A stretch of DNA of 64,000 nucleotides. It comes from Nitrosopumilaceae archaeon. Lineage in GTDB: Archaea > Thermoproteota > Nitrososphaeria > Nitrososphaerales > Nitrosopumilaceae. Made by a program: the position numbers and the translations under genes. The notes under the pieces are model-generated. The model did no database searches. It worked only from the letters and a program-made list of their open reading frames with translations, and was not told the DNA's origin. The stretch's first letter is position 1. Each line of letters opens with the position of its first letter. Shown one piece after another: positions 19,496-28,981 of this stretch. The stretch spans positions 1,344,001-1,408,000 of the forward strand of contig OZ242365.1 in NCBI GenBank assembly GCA_965208905.1, read 5' to 3'.

Positions 19496-20308
19496 ATGTT
19501 AGAAATTCTTGAGTATGGTTTTATACAGAGGGCACTGATTTCTGGGATAGCCATTTCCGCTATATGTTCCATGGTGGGGTGCTTTTTGGTTATGCGTCGA
19601 TATGCTCTCTTTGGGGATGGTATAGCCCATGTGGCATTTGGAGGTGTAGCTGTTGGACTGTTTATGGGAATAATCCCTTTCTGGTCGGCATTTGTTGTAT
19701 CTATTCTGGGTAGTCTAGGGCTACAAAAGATGCAGAACTCTAAGGTTTCTGGAGAGGTGGCGGTTGCGGTCACTTTGGTCTCTGGCCTGTCGGTGGGTGT
19801 CATACTAACTAGTATAGCTGGTGGCTTTACTTTAGACCTCTTTAGCTTTTTGTTTGGTAGTATTATACTGGTGAGTACCAATGACATGATTACAATACTA
19901 TCCATTAGTGGTGTGGTGGCTTTGGTAATAATTCTACTGTACAGAAGACTGTTATTCATTACATTTAATGCGGAATTGGCACGTGTATCTGGCATTCGGG
20001 TAACGCTTTTGAACTATCTGTTTGCAGTATTGGCGGCGATTACTGTTGTGGTTGCAATGAGACTTACTGGCATATTACTAATAACTGCCCTAATCGTTCT
20101 ACCCACGTTATCTGCCTCTAAATTTAATCGTGGATTCAAGGGTACAATGATAATATCTGCGGCGATATCATCCTCATCGGTGATTAGTGGAATATTCATC
20201 TCTTATCTGTTGGACTGGGCCCCCTCAGGTACTATAGTGGCGCTTTTAGTACTGTCTATGGTAGGAGTATACACTTCATATATGATAATGGGGCGCCTCT
20301 TCCGCTAA
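19496..20308 (+). CDS. Zn/Mn ABC transporter permease (ZnuB-like)
   Basis: GDGIAHVAFGG, LFSFLFGSI, hydrophobic throughout. Confidence 0.88.
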   Translation: MLEILEYGFIQRALISGIAISAICSMVGCFLVMRRYALFGDGIAHVAFGGVAVGLFMGIIPFWSAFVVSILGSLGLQKMQNSKVSGEVAVAVTLVSGLSVGVILTSIAGGFTLDLFSFLFGSIILVSTNDMITILSISGVVALVIILLYRRLLFITFNAELARVSGIRVTLLNYLFAVLAAITVVVAMRLTGILLITALIVLPTLSASKFNRGFKGTMIISAAISSSSVISGIFISYLLDWAPSGTIVALLVLSMVGVYTSYMIMGRLFR

Positions 20309-20316
20309 CATCCGTA

Positions 20317-21081
20317 TCAATAATGATTCTTTATGTGTTTACCGCAGTAGTGGGATCCAGCTATGGGTTTCTCTTTGCACACTATGAGTCGCCTGTGTTG
20401 GCAGTCTTCGGATTTAGGTAAAGACTTTGTAGCTATATCTTTAACGTAACGCGCCTCTACATGATCTGGTTCTATCCTTAATGCTGCATCACAACACTCT
20501 ATGGCCTCGGCGTATCGGCCCAGACGATCCATGGAAATGCCTTTGAGGTAGTATGCTTCCGCATTATTCAAGTCCATACCTAGTGCCTCATCAAAACATT
20601 TTATGGCCTCATCATATCTCTCTAAATTATTCATCGAGTCACCTTTGAATATGCGCGCTTGTACATTATTCGAGTCTATCTCTAGTGCCTTGTCATAACA
20701 CTCTATGGCCTCCTCATAGCGTCCCAAATTATAGATGGCATCGCCCTTGAAGACATGCATGTTCGTGTCATCTGGGTCTATCTGTAATGCTGCATCATAA
20801 CACAACATGGCATCTTTGTACTGTTCTACGCGATACATGATATCGCCCTTTAACCTGTAAGCTTGTGCATTATTCGAGTCCATCTCTAGTGCTTTGTCAC
20901 AATACTCTATGGCCTTTGAATATTGCTTTAGATGATACAGAGCATCACCCTTGAACATGTAGGCCTCGCTATCGTTTGGGTCTGCCTTTATGGCTTCACT
21001 ATAACATTTTATTGCTTCATTGTAGTCTCCCACACTATGAAATTGATTCCCTTTAATTGTGAATTTATATTCCATGCTCAC
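20317..21081 (-). CDS. Tetratricopeptide-repeat protein
   Basis: About six 34-aa repeats KG...Y.EAIECYDKAL; Cys/His-rich C-tail. Confidence 0.9.
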   Translation of the reverse strand: MSMEYKFTIKGNQFHSVGDYNEAIKCYSEAIKADPNDSEAYMFKGDALYHLKQYSKAIEYCDKALEMDSNNAQAYRLKGDIMYRVEQYKDAMLCYDAALQIDPDDTNMHVFKGDAIYNLGRYEEAIECYDKALEIDSNNVQARIFKGDSMNNLERYDEAIKCFDEALGMDLNNAEAYYLKGISMDRLGRYAEAIECCDAALRIEPDHVEARYVKDIATKSLPKSEDCQHRRLIVCKEKPIAGSHYCGKHIKNHY

Positions 21082-21281
21082 CTATTACCTCCTCGTCTAT
21101 TAAATATTTGAGATTCATGAACTTTAAACTACTAATATCTGATTCATAAAACACCCATAAGTTACCTACAAACATTTTGCACTCATATTATAATATAGAA
21201 TACTAATTAAATATGTACTGAATAGGGAATTTATTGTGTAACTTTTTAATTATAGCAATTTTATCTCCAAACATATCGTAT

Positions 21282-21356
21282 GGAAGTATTTTGGTAACAC
21301 AAAACAGATGTAAGATTTAGCGCATCAGCCACAACCAATATTTTGCAAATATGGAC
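21282..21356. repeat. 75-bp direct repeat, copy 1
   Basis: 72/75 identical to 23966-24040; includes the 3' end of gene 24001-24357. Confidence 0.9.
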
Positions 21357-21725
21357 AGGGCTATCGGGATGATCCGGACGATGCCAATCCTCAAGACCTC
21401 CCGGGCCAGACTGACATACTTTATCGAGAGGCACGCCGCCACTGGTACCAAGATCTACACCGACGACAACGCGGCCTGCCGCAACCTGCTCAACCACGGG
21501 CCGTCGACTACTCGACAGGCGAGTACGTCCGGGGATGGGTCCATATCAACGGGATGGAGTCGTTCTGGGCCTTGCTACGGCGCGGCTATGACGGGGCGTT
21601 TCACCACTTGTCCAAGAAGCGCCTGCACCGGTACGCCAACAAGTTCACGGGGAGACTGCACGCCAGGGTCCTAGATATGATGGTCAGGAGTGTGGTCGGG
21701 AAGAGGCTGACGTATAGTCAACTGG
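21357..21725 (+). pseudogene. IS1595-family transposase C-terminal fragment, frameshifted
   Basis: GTKIYTDD; GEYVRG.VHINGMESFWALLRRGY...HLSKKRLHRY. Confidence 0.8.
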
Positions 21726-21767
21726 TACAAGTCTACCTTTATAACCAATTGTGTGTTACACTTAAAA

Positions 21768-23471
21768 ATGAAAGTAAGTTTAATTATGCTCTTGCTGGCA
21801 GCGGTTGTTGCCACAGGAGCTACGATGACTAGCGCATACGCCCAACAGAACGGAGAGTCGATGGAAGCAATGGAGTCGATGGAAGCAATGGAAGCCCCAA
21901 TGCCCCCATCACCGTTTGCTCCCGGACAGTCAGTCTACTTCCCTCACGCTATGATCGGTCAGATAACCTCTAATCTTCCGCTGCCACCCTTCGACATGGC
22001 CAACGGCAACGCAGTCTTTGGGGTAATAATCCCAAACTTGGGTACTTGGATTCACCAAGAGGTATCCCCACACTTTGCGGACCCGTCGCTGTCGTTCAGA
22101 TATGTTACGCTGATTCTTAATGCCGGCTACGACGCGACGGCGCCTTATCACGAGACGGCCGTCGGCGTATACTCACGTATTGACAACCGCCCGGCAAGTG
22201 AATCTGCCGACAGCTACAACATCAACGTTGCATCCATCTATTCGGGATACCGGATGGGGATGGCGTTCGACCCAGACCGTGAACCGCAATGGCGGGCTAT
22301 GATGACTAACAATGGCTTGGACCCTGACGATGACACCGGATTGGACCTAGACTGCTCCCAGACGCACCAACTAGACTCGCCCATCGCCATAGGTAACTTG
22401 GCGAGCAAGTGTGTACTGGAGGCGCGGTGGTCTGATGGTTTCAACCACTTTGGGGATGAAACACCAGGACAACCATTCCGGGACACCACAGGCTATTCAC
22501 CCGTCAACTCGGCCAACGAGCTGGTTGATCCGTCCAGGTGGCAACCTCTGATAAAACAACTCAGAGAGGGCACTTGGGTATCTCAACAGTTCACCACGCC
22601 ACAGTGGGCCGTGACCGAGCCATACTCGGACATCGATCCGAGAGAGTTCAGAGCACCACCCCCGTTCGCCAGTGACCACGCCTTTATGGACGACTACAAG
22701 GCACAGGCTGACGAGGTACTGGCTGCAGTAGCAGGCCTGACGGACGAACAGAAGATGCTGGTGGAATACTTCGACAACAAGGCACGTGAGACACTGTTCT
22801 TCCCGGCTGTAGAGGCGCTCCCAAACACAATGGACTTTTGGCAACTGGACTTTATGTTGCACATAGCCCAGTTTGATGCAGGAATTGTTGCTTGGCAAGA
22901 GAAGGCCAGATACGATGCCGTGCGCCCTGTTACCGCAATAAACTATCTGTATAGTGATGAGATCGTTCAGACCTATGGAATAGGCGGAGACGGTCCGAGA
23001 TCCATCGCAGGCAGCGAGTGGTACAGCTACGCTAACACTGGAGATCATCCAGAGTACCCATCCGCTACTGCATGCTTCTGCGCGGCGCAAGCTCAAGCTT
23101 GGAGGAATTATCTAGGTGGAGATGAAATCCCAGACGTTACCCTACCCAACGGGGAGGTTGTCGACGGATTCGTCGGAATATTGCCCGCAGGATCGTCCAT
23201 ACACGAACCAGGAGTGACCCCTGCCAATGACGTAGTAGTAACCTATGACACTTGGACAGAATATGAGCAAGATTGCGCGGAAAGTAGGATATGGGCTGGT
23301 CTGCACTTTAGAGCGGCAGTAGAAGAGTCGCTCAATACGTGTAGCGATATAGGCAATGCGGCTTGGGACTACTTCTCAACACTGCTGGACGGGACAGCCC
23401 CGCTCAGACAGCCTGCTGAGAAACAAGACCAGGATCCGTTGCTGAACAGACCACACTTCACCGGACGATAA
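21768..23471 (+). CDS. Secreted vanadium-dependent haloperoxidase/PAP2-like protein
   Basis: Signal peptide; KARYDAVRP (K-x6-RP), HPEYPSAT, SRIWAGLHF. Confidence 0.8.
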   Translation: MKVSLIMLLLAAVVATGATMTSAYAQQNGESMEAMESMEAMEAPMPPSPFAPGQSVYFPHAMIGQITSNLPLPPFDMANGNAVFGVIIPNLGTWIHQEVSPHFADPSLSFRYVTLILNAGYDATAPYHETAVGVYSRIDNRPASESADSYNINVASIYSGYRMGMAFDPDREPQWRAMMTNNGLDPDDDTGLDLDCSQTHQLDSPIAIGNLASKCVLEARWSDGFNHFGDETPGQPFRDTTGYSPVNSANELVDPSRWQPLIKQLREGTWVSQQFTTPQWAVTEPYSDIDPREFRAPPPFASDHAFMDDYKAQADEVLAAVAGLTDEQKMLVEYFDNKARETLFFPAVEALPNTMDFWQLDFMLHIAQFDAGIVAWQEKARYDAVRPVTAINYLYSDEIVQTYGIGGDGPRSIAGSEWYSYANTGDHPEYPSATACFCAAQAQAWRNYLGGDEIPDVTLPNGEVVDGFVGILPAGSSIHEPGVTPANDVVVTYDTWTEYEQDCAESRIWAGLHFRAAVEESLNTCSDIGNAAWDYFSTLLDGTAPLRQPAEKQDQDPLLNRPHFTGR

Positions 23472-23559
23472 GACTAACATTTCTTTTTTCTTTTTTTATT
23501 TATTCATCTGGTATTGTATTTACAAGAGTCATGCCGCGCCCCATCCTTGCCGTCAACCA

Positions 23560-23965
23560 TTGAACCTCCATCCGGTTCGGGCTGGCGAATTCGTGCTGAG
23601 TATGAGTGTGGCACGCGTTCATGCTGCCCCAGCCGAATATGGGTGGGGGATGTCCACTGAATTTGAGGCTGAGCTTCTTGATCGTGTAATCGAATTGATA
23701 AACTCAAGACCGTACCACCCACAAATCAACTGCAAATTGGAGAGGTTCCACCGTAGTGTAGAAGAGGAGATGGAGCATTGGGATACTCTGTCCGAATACG
23801 TGACATCCTACAACGAGCGCAGACTTAGCGTCTCACTGGACATCAACAATCACCAGACATCGTTGAAGGTATTTTCAAACAAAAGATCTCTCGAAACAAT
23901 AAAGCCGCCCCAACTGAATGGCGGAGGACGTAAACAATGGGGCGCAATGATTTCAATATAATACA
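23560..23965 (+). pseudogene. IS481-family right-end remnant
   Basis: FEAELLDR..ELINSRPYHPQ.N.KLERFHR; right TIR GGCGCAATGATTTCAATATAATACA similar to 58696-58720. Confidence 0.85.
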
Positions 23966-24040
23966 GGAAATATTTTGGTAACACAAAACAGATGTAAGAT
24001 TTAGCGCATCAACCACGACCAATATTTTGCAAATATGGAC
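23966..24040. repeat. 75-bp direct repeat, copy 2
   Basis: Matches 21282-21356. Confidence 0.9.
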
Positions 24041-24357
24041 CGGTCTCCTTGTTGTTTTATGACCACAGTACTGTCTTTGGATTTGAGATGTGCTTGGATA
24101 GTTTCAAGAATTGTACCCTCATCTTTTACCTTTGAGTTTTGCTTATGTAGATGAGTCACCAATTTTTTAATGAAATCCTCCTTAACACGTATAGTAAAAA
24201 ACCACCAACCCATAGCAAACTCTGCATCATCATCGAATCTATATGATACAGTATCGTGTACTATCATGCTTTGTAGGTGATCAAATATTTCTCTTAATAT
24301 GAGTGCATCTGAATCTAGATTCCTTGTTGCTACACTGTATAACGGAATCCATGACAT
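24001..24357 (-). CDS. Hypothetical protein
   Basis: 118-aa ORF, TATA-like sequence upstream. Confidence 0.6.
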   Translation of the reverse strand: MSWIPLYSVATRNLDSDALILREIFDHLQSMIVHDTVSYRFDDDAEFAMGWWFFTIRVKEDFIKKLVTHLHKQNSKVKDEGTILETIQAHLKSKDSTVVIKQQGDRSIFAKYWSWLMR

Positions 24358-24596
24358 ACAACGCTATGCTTTCCTTTTATGTATAAAAGCACCTACTGTG
24401 CATGCTTCTGGTAAGTTAACGTGAGATAGATCATCTTGGAAAGTGAGTGAGATACTTCGAATCTGTCAAAAAGGGTACATGAAACGGGACGGTTAAGAAC
24501 TAAGTACCTCAACACACCTGTTAAGTGGTGGTACCTGAGGGGTTCTGGGATATATTAGGTACATAGAGTGTAGTGTAACAGAAGATCATGAAATCA

Positions 24597-25082
24597 CTAG
24601 CCAGACAACTTATAGTTGGTGTTTTCCTTTAACCATTGTCGGATAGTAGAATGAAGACCCCTCAACTCTGGGTCCCAAAGATACCTTACTGTTTCCTTAT
24701 GTGCGCCTAACTCATCCAATACCATTCCAAAATACGACATCACATGCTGTTTTGTGAGTACACTATCATAGTATAAAGAGGTGACTGTAGTTAGATGATT
24801 GAGGTATTTTACACGTATGAACTTTAAGTTGTCATCTGTCTCAAATGTTTCTTGGTGGGATATCATAGAACACGCTGTGTACAAGTCCTTATCATTATAC
24901 AGCTTCTCCCACAATTTTAGTATGAGATGTGCTGAATCAATCCAGACTCGTTGGTTCAACATATCTTTTTGTTGTTGAACCTGATGTCGGTTTGAGCGCC
25001 ATATCGCAAATGCAACCACCGCACTACCGCAGAATGTAAGTGCCGCAATGATTACGGAGATTGCCAATCCGAGATCAAACAT
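24597..25082 (-). CDS. Hypothetical membrane-anchored protein
   Basis: N-terminal TM helix followed by helical domain. Confidence 0.55.
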   Translation of the reverse strand: MFDLGLAISVIIAALTFCGSAVVAFAIWRSNRHQVQQQKDMLNQRVWIDSAHLILKLWEKLYNDKDLYTACSMISHQETFETDDNLKFIRVKYLNHLTTVTSLYYDSVLTKQHVMSYFGMVLDELGAHKETVRYLWDPELRGLHSTIRQWLKENTNYKLSG

Positions 25083-25481
25083 CTTTGATCAAATCGGTGC
25101 CTAACCATATAAGCATGATGCAGAATGTTTTTTACCCCTAATCGCCATATTATAGTGTGGAACACTTGGAACCCATTATACTTGATTTCTACCTTCATAG
25201 ACAGCACGTAGATTTATCTGAACCCAAACCAGGAGGCAGGCCGGAAAAAGCCATCATGGCAAAACGTACAAAACATATCTACAAGCCTGTTGTTGCCATA
25301 CCTAGTGTTCGCACATAGGTTCTGTAACATCTTGTTTTATCCGGAAATCATGTCGCGCTATATTCTGGTCGTCAGTCATGAATATCATCCTCCATCCATG
25401 TAGGGTTTTGACTTCTTGTTTCAACAGTTGCCTTCTTTTTTTGAAAGAAATTAGTTGATATGTACATAAAAAATAAAAAAG

Positions 25482-26741
25482 TTAGGATGTTGACTTTGCA
25501 GCTGCTTGAATCATGGTAAGCCACTTGTTGTCACCTTCAACGGTGATACCTGCAGCCTCGGCGGGGGTTATCTGGTTTGGGAGTCCAAGGTGTGGGCGTA
25601 CAAAGTTGTGATACAATCGCAATCCAGAGATTATGCTAGAGTCATCCTTCTTCAAACCACGGCACACTTTCTCACGGTGTCGTAGTGTTGCCCCGTTGAA
25701 GGATTCCATTTGGTTGTTATGATGTATGCCATCAAAGGCAACATCATGTATATGCTCGGTCTCTTTGTGCAGAAAGTTCTTTGCTTTATACTGTTGTTTC
25801 CAAGCATGGTGAAAGTTGGCTGCCTTGTCACTAATTAATGTGGTTGGAACTTTACCCGTTACCTTCTTGGCCTGTTTAAACATCGGTGCTACGTCGTCAT
25901 TGCCTTTGTGTTCGGCTACCATCTTGGCTATCCAAAACCTAGTCTCTGAATCAAGCATTGCAAATAGATATTTGCGGTTACCCTTGATTTTCAGGTATAA
26001 TTCATCTGTACGCCACTGTTCACCGACTTGTGGTTTAATCTTGTCAACAAAGGTCTCCATAAGTTCACCATACTGTTTACCCCAATTTTGTATGGTAACA
26101 TGAGTAGTCTTAAGTCCAGTCATTTCAAGGCTGCGGGCAACCTTCCTACTAGATAAGCCGCTAAACAGTAAATCTACAGCCTGTGTAATCTGTTCAGGTG
26201 TGGCTCTCTTGCGAGTGAACCCGACATTATGAGTGAACCGCTTAAGGCAGTCTATACACTTGAACTGCTGAACTGGACCTTTCTTGAACTTTCGTATACC
26301 ACATTTCACTACATTGGTTGACTCACAAAATTTACACTTGGTAAGGTCAACCTGCTTGATAATGATTTTAGGTACTTCCTGTTGTACCGCTTTTCTTATT
26401 CGGCGGCTTATCTCGACTGCATGAATATGCTTGCATATTACACCACGATACATATGATCCGGGCATGAACAAATCCAGCCATGCTCGGTGGATAATACCT
26501 CGTATACTTTATCGGATGATTGGGAACGTACCGTGTATGTCAGGTCGTCTATTCTCGTGATTTGGTTAGATTTACTGACTATTTGAGCGCCCCGTGTTAT
26601 GCGGTCATTGGTGGTCTGTCCAGTCACATTGCCAACTGATATATTGTATAATGGTGTAATATGCTCAGAGTGCAATTCGCTCGTCATTGGGGTTGCTGCC
26701 CCTCTGGCTTTTGTTTTCATCATCGCATTTGTTATTGTCAT
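25482..26741 (-). CDS. DDE transposase/integrase (IS6/IS240-like) with N-terminal SWIM finger and zinc ribbon
   Basis: CSCPD...CKHIHAV; CKFC...CIDC; WRTDELYLKI...AMLDSETRF; LISDK; NNQMESFN; YHNFVRPH...TPAEAAG. Confidence 0.85.
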   Translation of the reverse strand: MTITNAMMKTKARGAATPMTSELHSEHITPLYNISVGNVTGQTTNDRITRGAQIVSKSNQITRIDDLTYTVRSQSSDKVYEVLSTEHGWICSCPDHMYRGVICKHIHAVEISRRIRKAVQQEVPKIIIKQVDLTKCKFCESTNVVKCGIRKFKKGPVQQFKCIDCLKRFTHNVGFTRKRATPEQITQAVDLLFSGLSSRKVARSLEMTGLKTTHVTIQNWGKQYGELMETFVDKIKPQVGEQWRTDELYLKIKGNRKYLFAMLDSETRFWIAKMVAEHKGNDDVAPMFKQAKKVTGKVPTTLISDKAANFHHAWKQQYKAKNFLHKETEHIHDVAFDGIHHNNQMESFNGATLRHREKVCRGLKKDDSSIISGLRLYHNFVRPHLGLPNQITPAEAAGITVEGDNKWLTMIQAAAKSTS

Positions 26742-26816
26742 TAACTACCCTATGGTATAACGATAATATATAGTTATCCCATAGAAGGGTTAAAATAACT
26801 GACATGTGGGTTAAGT

Positions 26817-27047
26817 GTGTTGGGAATTACTAAAAAAACAATCAAGGGTCTGGAATACATCTATTTTGCCTATTATGACGAGACATCAAAATCTAAACAA
26901 TACAAATCGTGTGGGTCTGCTACCAATAAGGAATCTATGATCAAAGCTATATCACTTGAGCGCGAGTATCTGAAGCGACGTAAGAATAAACTAAACGAGG
27001 AAATTACACAGATACAGGAGAAAATAGATGGACTTGCAAAGTTATAA
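26817..27047 (+). CDS. Small basic hypothetical protein, divergent from the transposase
   Basis: KKTIKGLEYIYFAYYD...YKSCG plus coiled-coil tail. Confidence 0.55.
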   Translation: MLGITKKTIKGLEYIYFAYYDETSKSKQYKSCGSATNKESMIKAISLEREYLKRRKNKLNEEITQIQEKIDGLAKL

Positions 27048-27162
27048 TACGAGGCCTACGGCCAAATACGAGGCCTACGGCCAAATACGAGGCCTACGGC
27101 CAAATACGAGGCCTACGGCCAAATACGAGGCCTACGGCCAAATACGAGGCCTACGGCCAAAT
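27046..27162. repeat. Perfect tandem repeat, 6 x 19 bp (AATACGAGGCCTACGGCCA)
   Basis: Read directly; no spacers. Confidence 0.97.
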
Positions 27163-27231
27163 TATACAAGCGGCGCCATACTATACAATACATACAACGC
27201 CTTATCAATTCATCGGAGGCTGTATATGTGA

Positions 27232-28680
27232 ATGTCTGGCATCAAGAACCGGACAATATTCACAGGCGACAACCTAGAGATATTACGTGGCTTTCCAGAT
27301 GAATTTGTTGATTTAATATATCTAGACCCGCCATTTAACTCAAAACATAACTATGCTGCCCCCATAGGTTCTAAGGCGGCTGGGGCTGCCTTCAAGGATA
27401 CGTGGACTTTACAAGATGTGGATGTATCATGGTGGGGGGAGATTGCCGAGACAAACACTGCCCTGTATAAGGCACTAGAGGCAGCCAAACATACAGCAGG
27501 CAAGAGTGCCATGTCCTATCTAATCTACATGGCAATACGCATACTAGAGATGTATCGTATACTAAAGAGTACAGGTTCTATATACTTGCATTGCGACCCA
27601 ACCATGTCTCATTATTTGAAGATGGTGTTGGATTCGATTTTTGGAGTAGTGAATTTTAAGAACGAGATTGTATGGAAACGATCAAAGGGACATCCACTAT
27701 CCATTAAAAAATTTGAAGCAGTAGCAGACTATATCTTAGTTTATCAAAAATCAGGTAACAGTGTTTTCTACCCAGTAAAATTACCAATGGATGAACAAAC
27801 AATAAAAAGAGATTATAGATATAAAGATGAACATGGGCGTTACAGTACATGTTCATTAACAGGTGGCAAGGCTGGCGGTGAATCTGCGTACTTACCATTT
27901 AACGGTGCATTACCATCTTCAGGACGTGGATGGGCGCCACCTACTAGGCAAAAGATACCACAATGGGCAGCAAAAATATTACCTTCAGATTATGAAAAGA
28001 TGAATCAACTTGAAAAATGCCACGCTTTAGATGCTATTGGAATGATAGTATGGTCTGCTAATAACGTGCCTAGATACAAACACTATCTAAAAGACGTTCC
28101 ATACAAACTTGCTAATAGTGTATGGTATGACATAAAATTACTAACCTCCCATTCCAAAGAAAAACTCGGCTACCCCACCCAAAAACCCATAGCCTTGTTA
28201 GAACGTATAATACAAGCCTCTACAAACGAGGGAGATATTGTACTAGATCCGTTTTGTGGATGTGCGACCGCCTGTTCAGCAGCTGAACGGCTAAACCGAG
28301 AGTGGATTGGTATAGACATATCACCAAAGGCGGTTGAGTTGATGAACGCCAGAATGGTCAGCGAGGCAGGGATTGAAAAGTGGACAAAGGGCGCAGGAAT
28401 GGTAATTCAAAGGACGGACATACCAATACGCAAAGGCAATAGATCAAAGAACATAAAACATCAACTATTCGGTATGCAGGAAGGCAGATGTAATCTATGC
28501 AGACATGAAATTGAATTTCGACATATGGAAGTCGACCATGTAATACCAAGGGCCAAGGGTGGACCTGATGATGATGGCAACCTCCAACTATTATGCGGTC
28601 ATTGCAATCGTGTTAAAGGTAAGGGGACAATGGCAGAAGCAAAGGTGAGACTGATCAAGCTGGGAATAGTAGCCCGTTAG
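27232..28680 (+). CDS. N6A/N4C DNA methyltransferase fused to C-terminal HNH endonuclease
   Basis: IYLDPPFN, YPTQKP, VLDPFCGCAT; CNLC...EVDHVIPRAKGG...NLQLLCGHCNRVKG. Confidence 0.9.
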   Translation: MSGIKNRTIFTGDNLEILRGFPDEFVDLIYLDPPFNSKHNYAAPIGSKAAGAAFKDTWTLQDVDVSWWGEIAETNTALYKALEAAKHTAGKSAMSYLIYMAIRILEMYRILKSTGSIYLHCDPTMSHYLKMVLDSIFGVVNFKNEIVWKRSKGHPLSIKKFEAVADYILVYQKSGNSVFYPVKLPMDEQTIKRDYRYKDEHGRYSTCSLTGGKAGGESAYLPFNGALPSSGRGWAPPTRQKIPQWAAKILPSDYEKMNQLEKCHALDAIGMIVWSANNVPRYKHYLKDVPYKLANSVWYDIKLLTSHSKEKLGYPTQKPIALLERIIQASTNEGDIVLDPFCGCATACSAAERLNREWIGIDISPKAVELMNARMVSEAGIEKWTKGAGMVIQRTDIPIRKGNRSKNIKHQLFGMQEGRCNLCRHEIEFRHMEVDHVIPRAKGGPDDDGNLQLLCGHCNRVKGKGTMAEAKVRLIKLGIVAR

Positions 28681-28981
28681 GTCATCGATTTTACACCATC
28701 ACACAGATCACTTTACAAAACCACCATCACACAAATTTGACAGCATATATCACTACACACGTTCTTGACAGTTCCCAAAACGAATTAGGGAATCTATACA
28801 AGGTGCATCTTGGTGATTTGATGTGTAGTGATGTATTGGTGATCTGAACAAGCATGTAAAGGTGACTTCTTACAGAATTTTGACTACTTACTGAATATAA
28901 TTAGTGTGGATGGTTGCGTGTAACTCCCCGACCTATATTCTGACGTAGTGCATGTCCTAAATGGCCTACCCATTTTTTCAT

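Noticed and set aside
25318-25432. IS6-like ends GGTTCTGTAACATC (25318) and CAACAGTTGCC (25432) as a MITE or as partner of the 28775 end
   Set aside because: Poor mutual complementarity and no TSD in any pairing
27046-27162. Possible CRISPR array
   Set aside because: Units are contiguous with no spacers, 19 bp is too short, and there are no cas genes in the window
27028-27231. 67-aa repetitive ORF
   Set aside because: By-product of the 19-bp tandem repeat lacking stop codons
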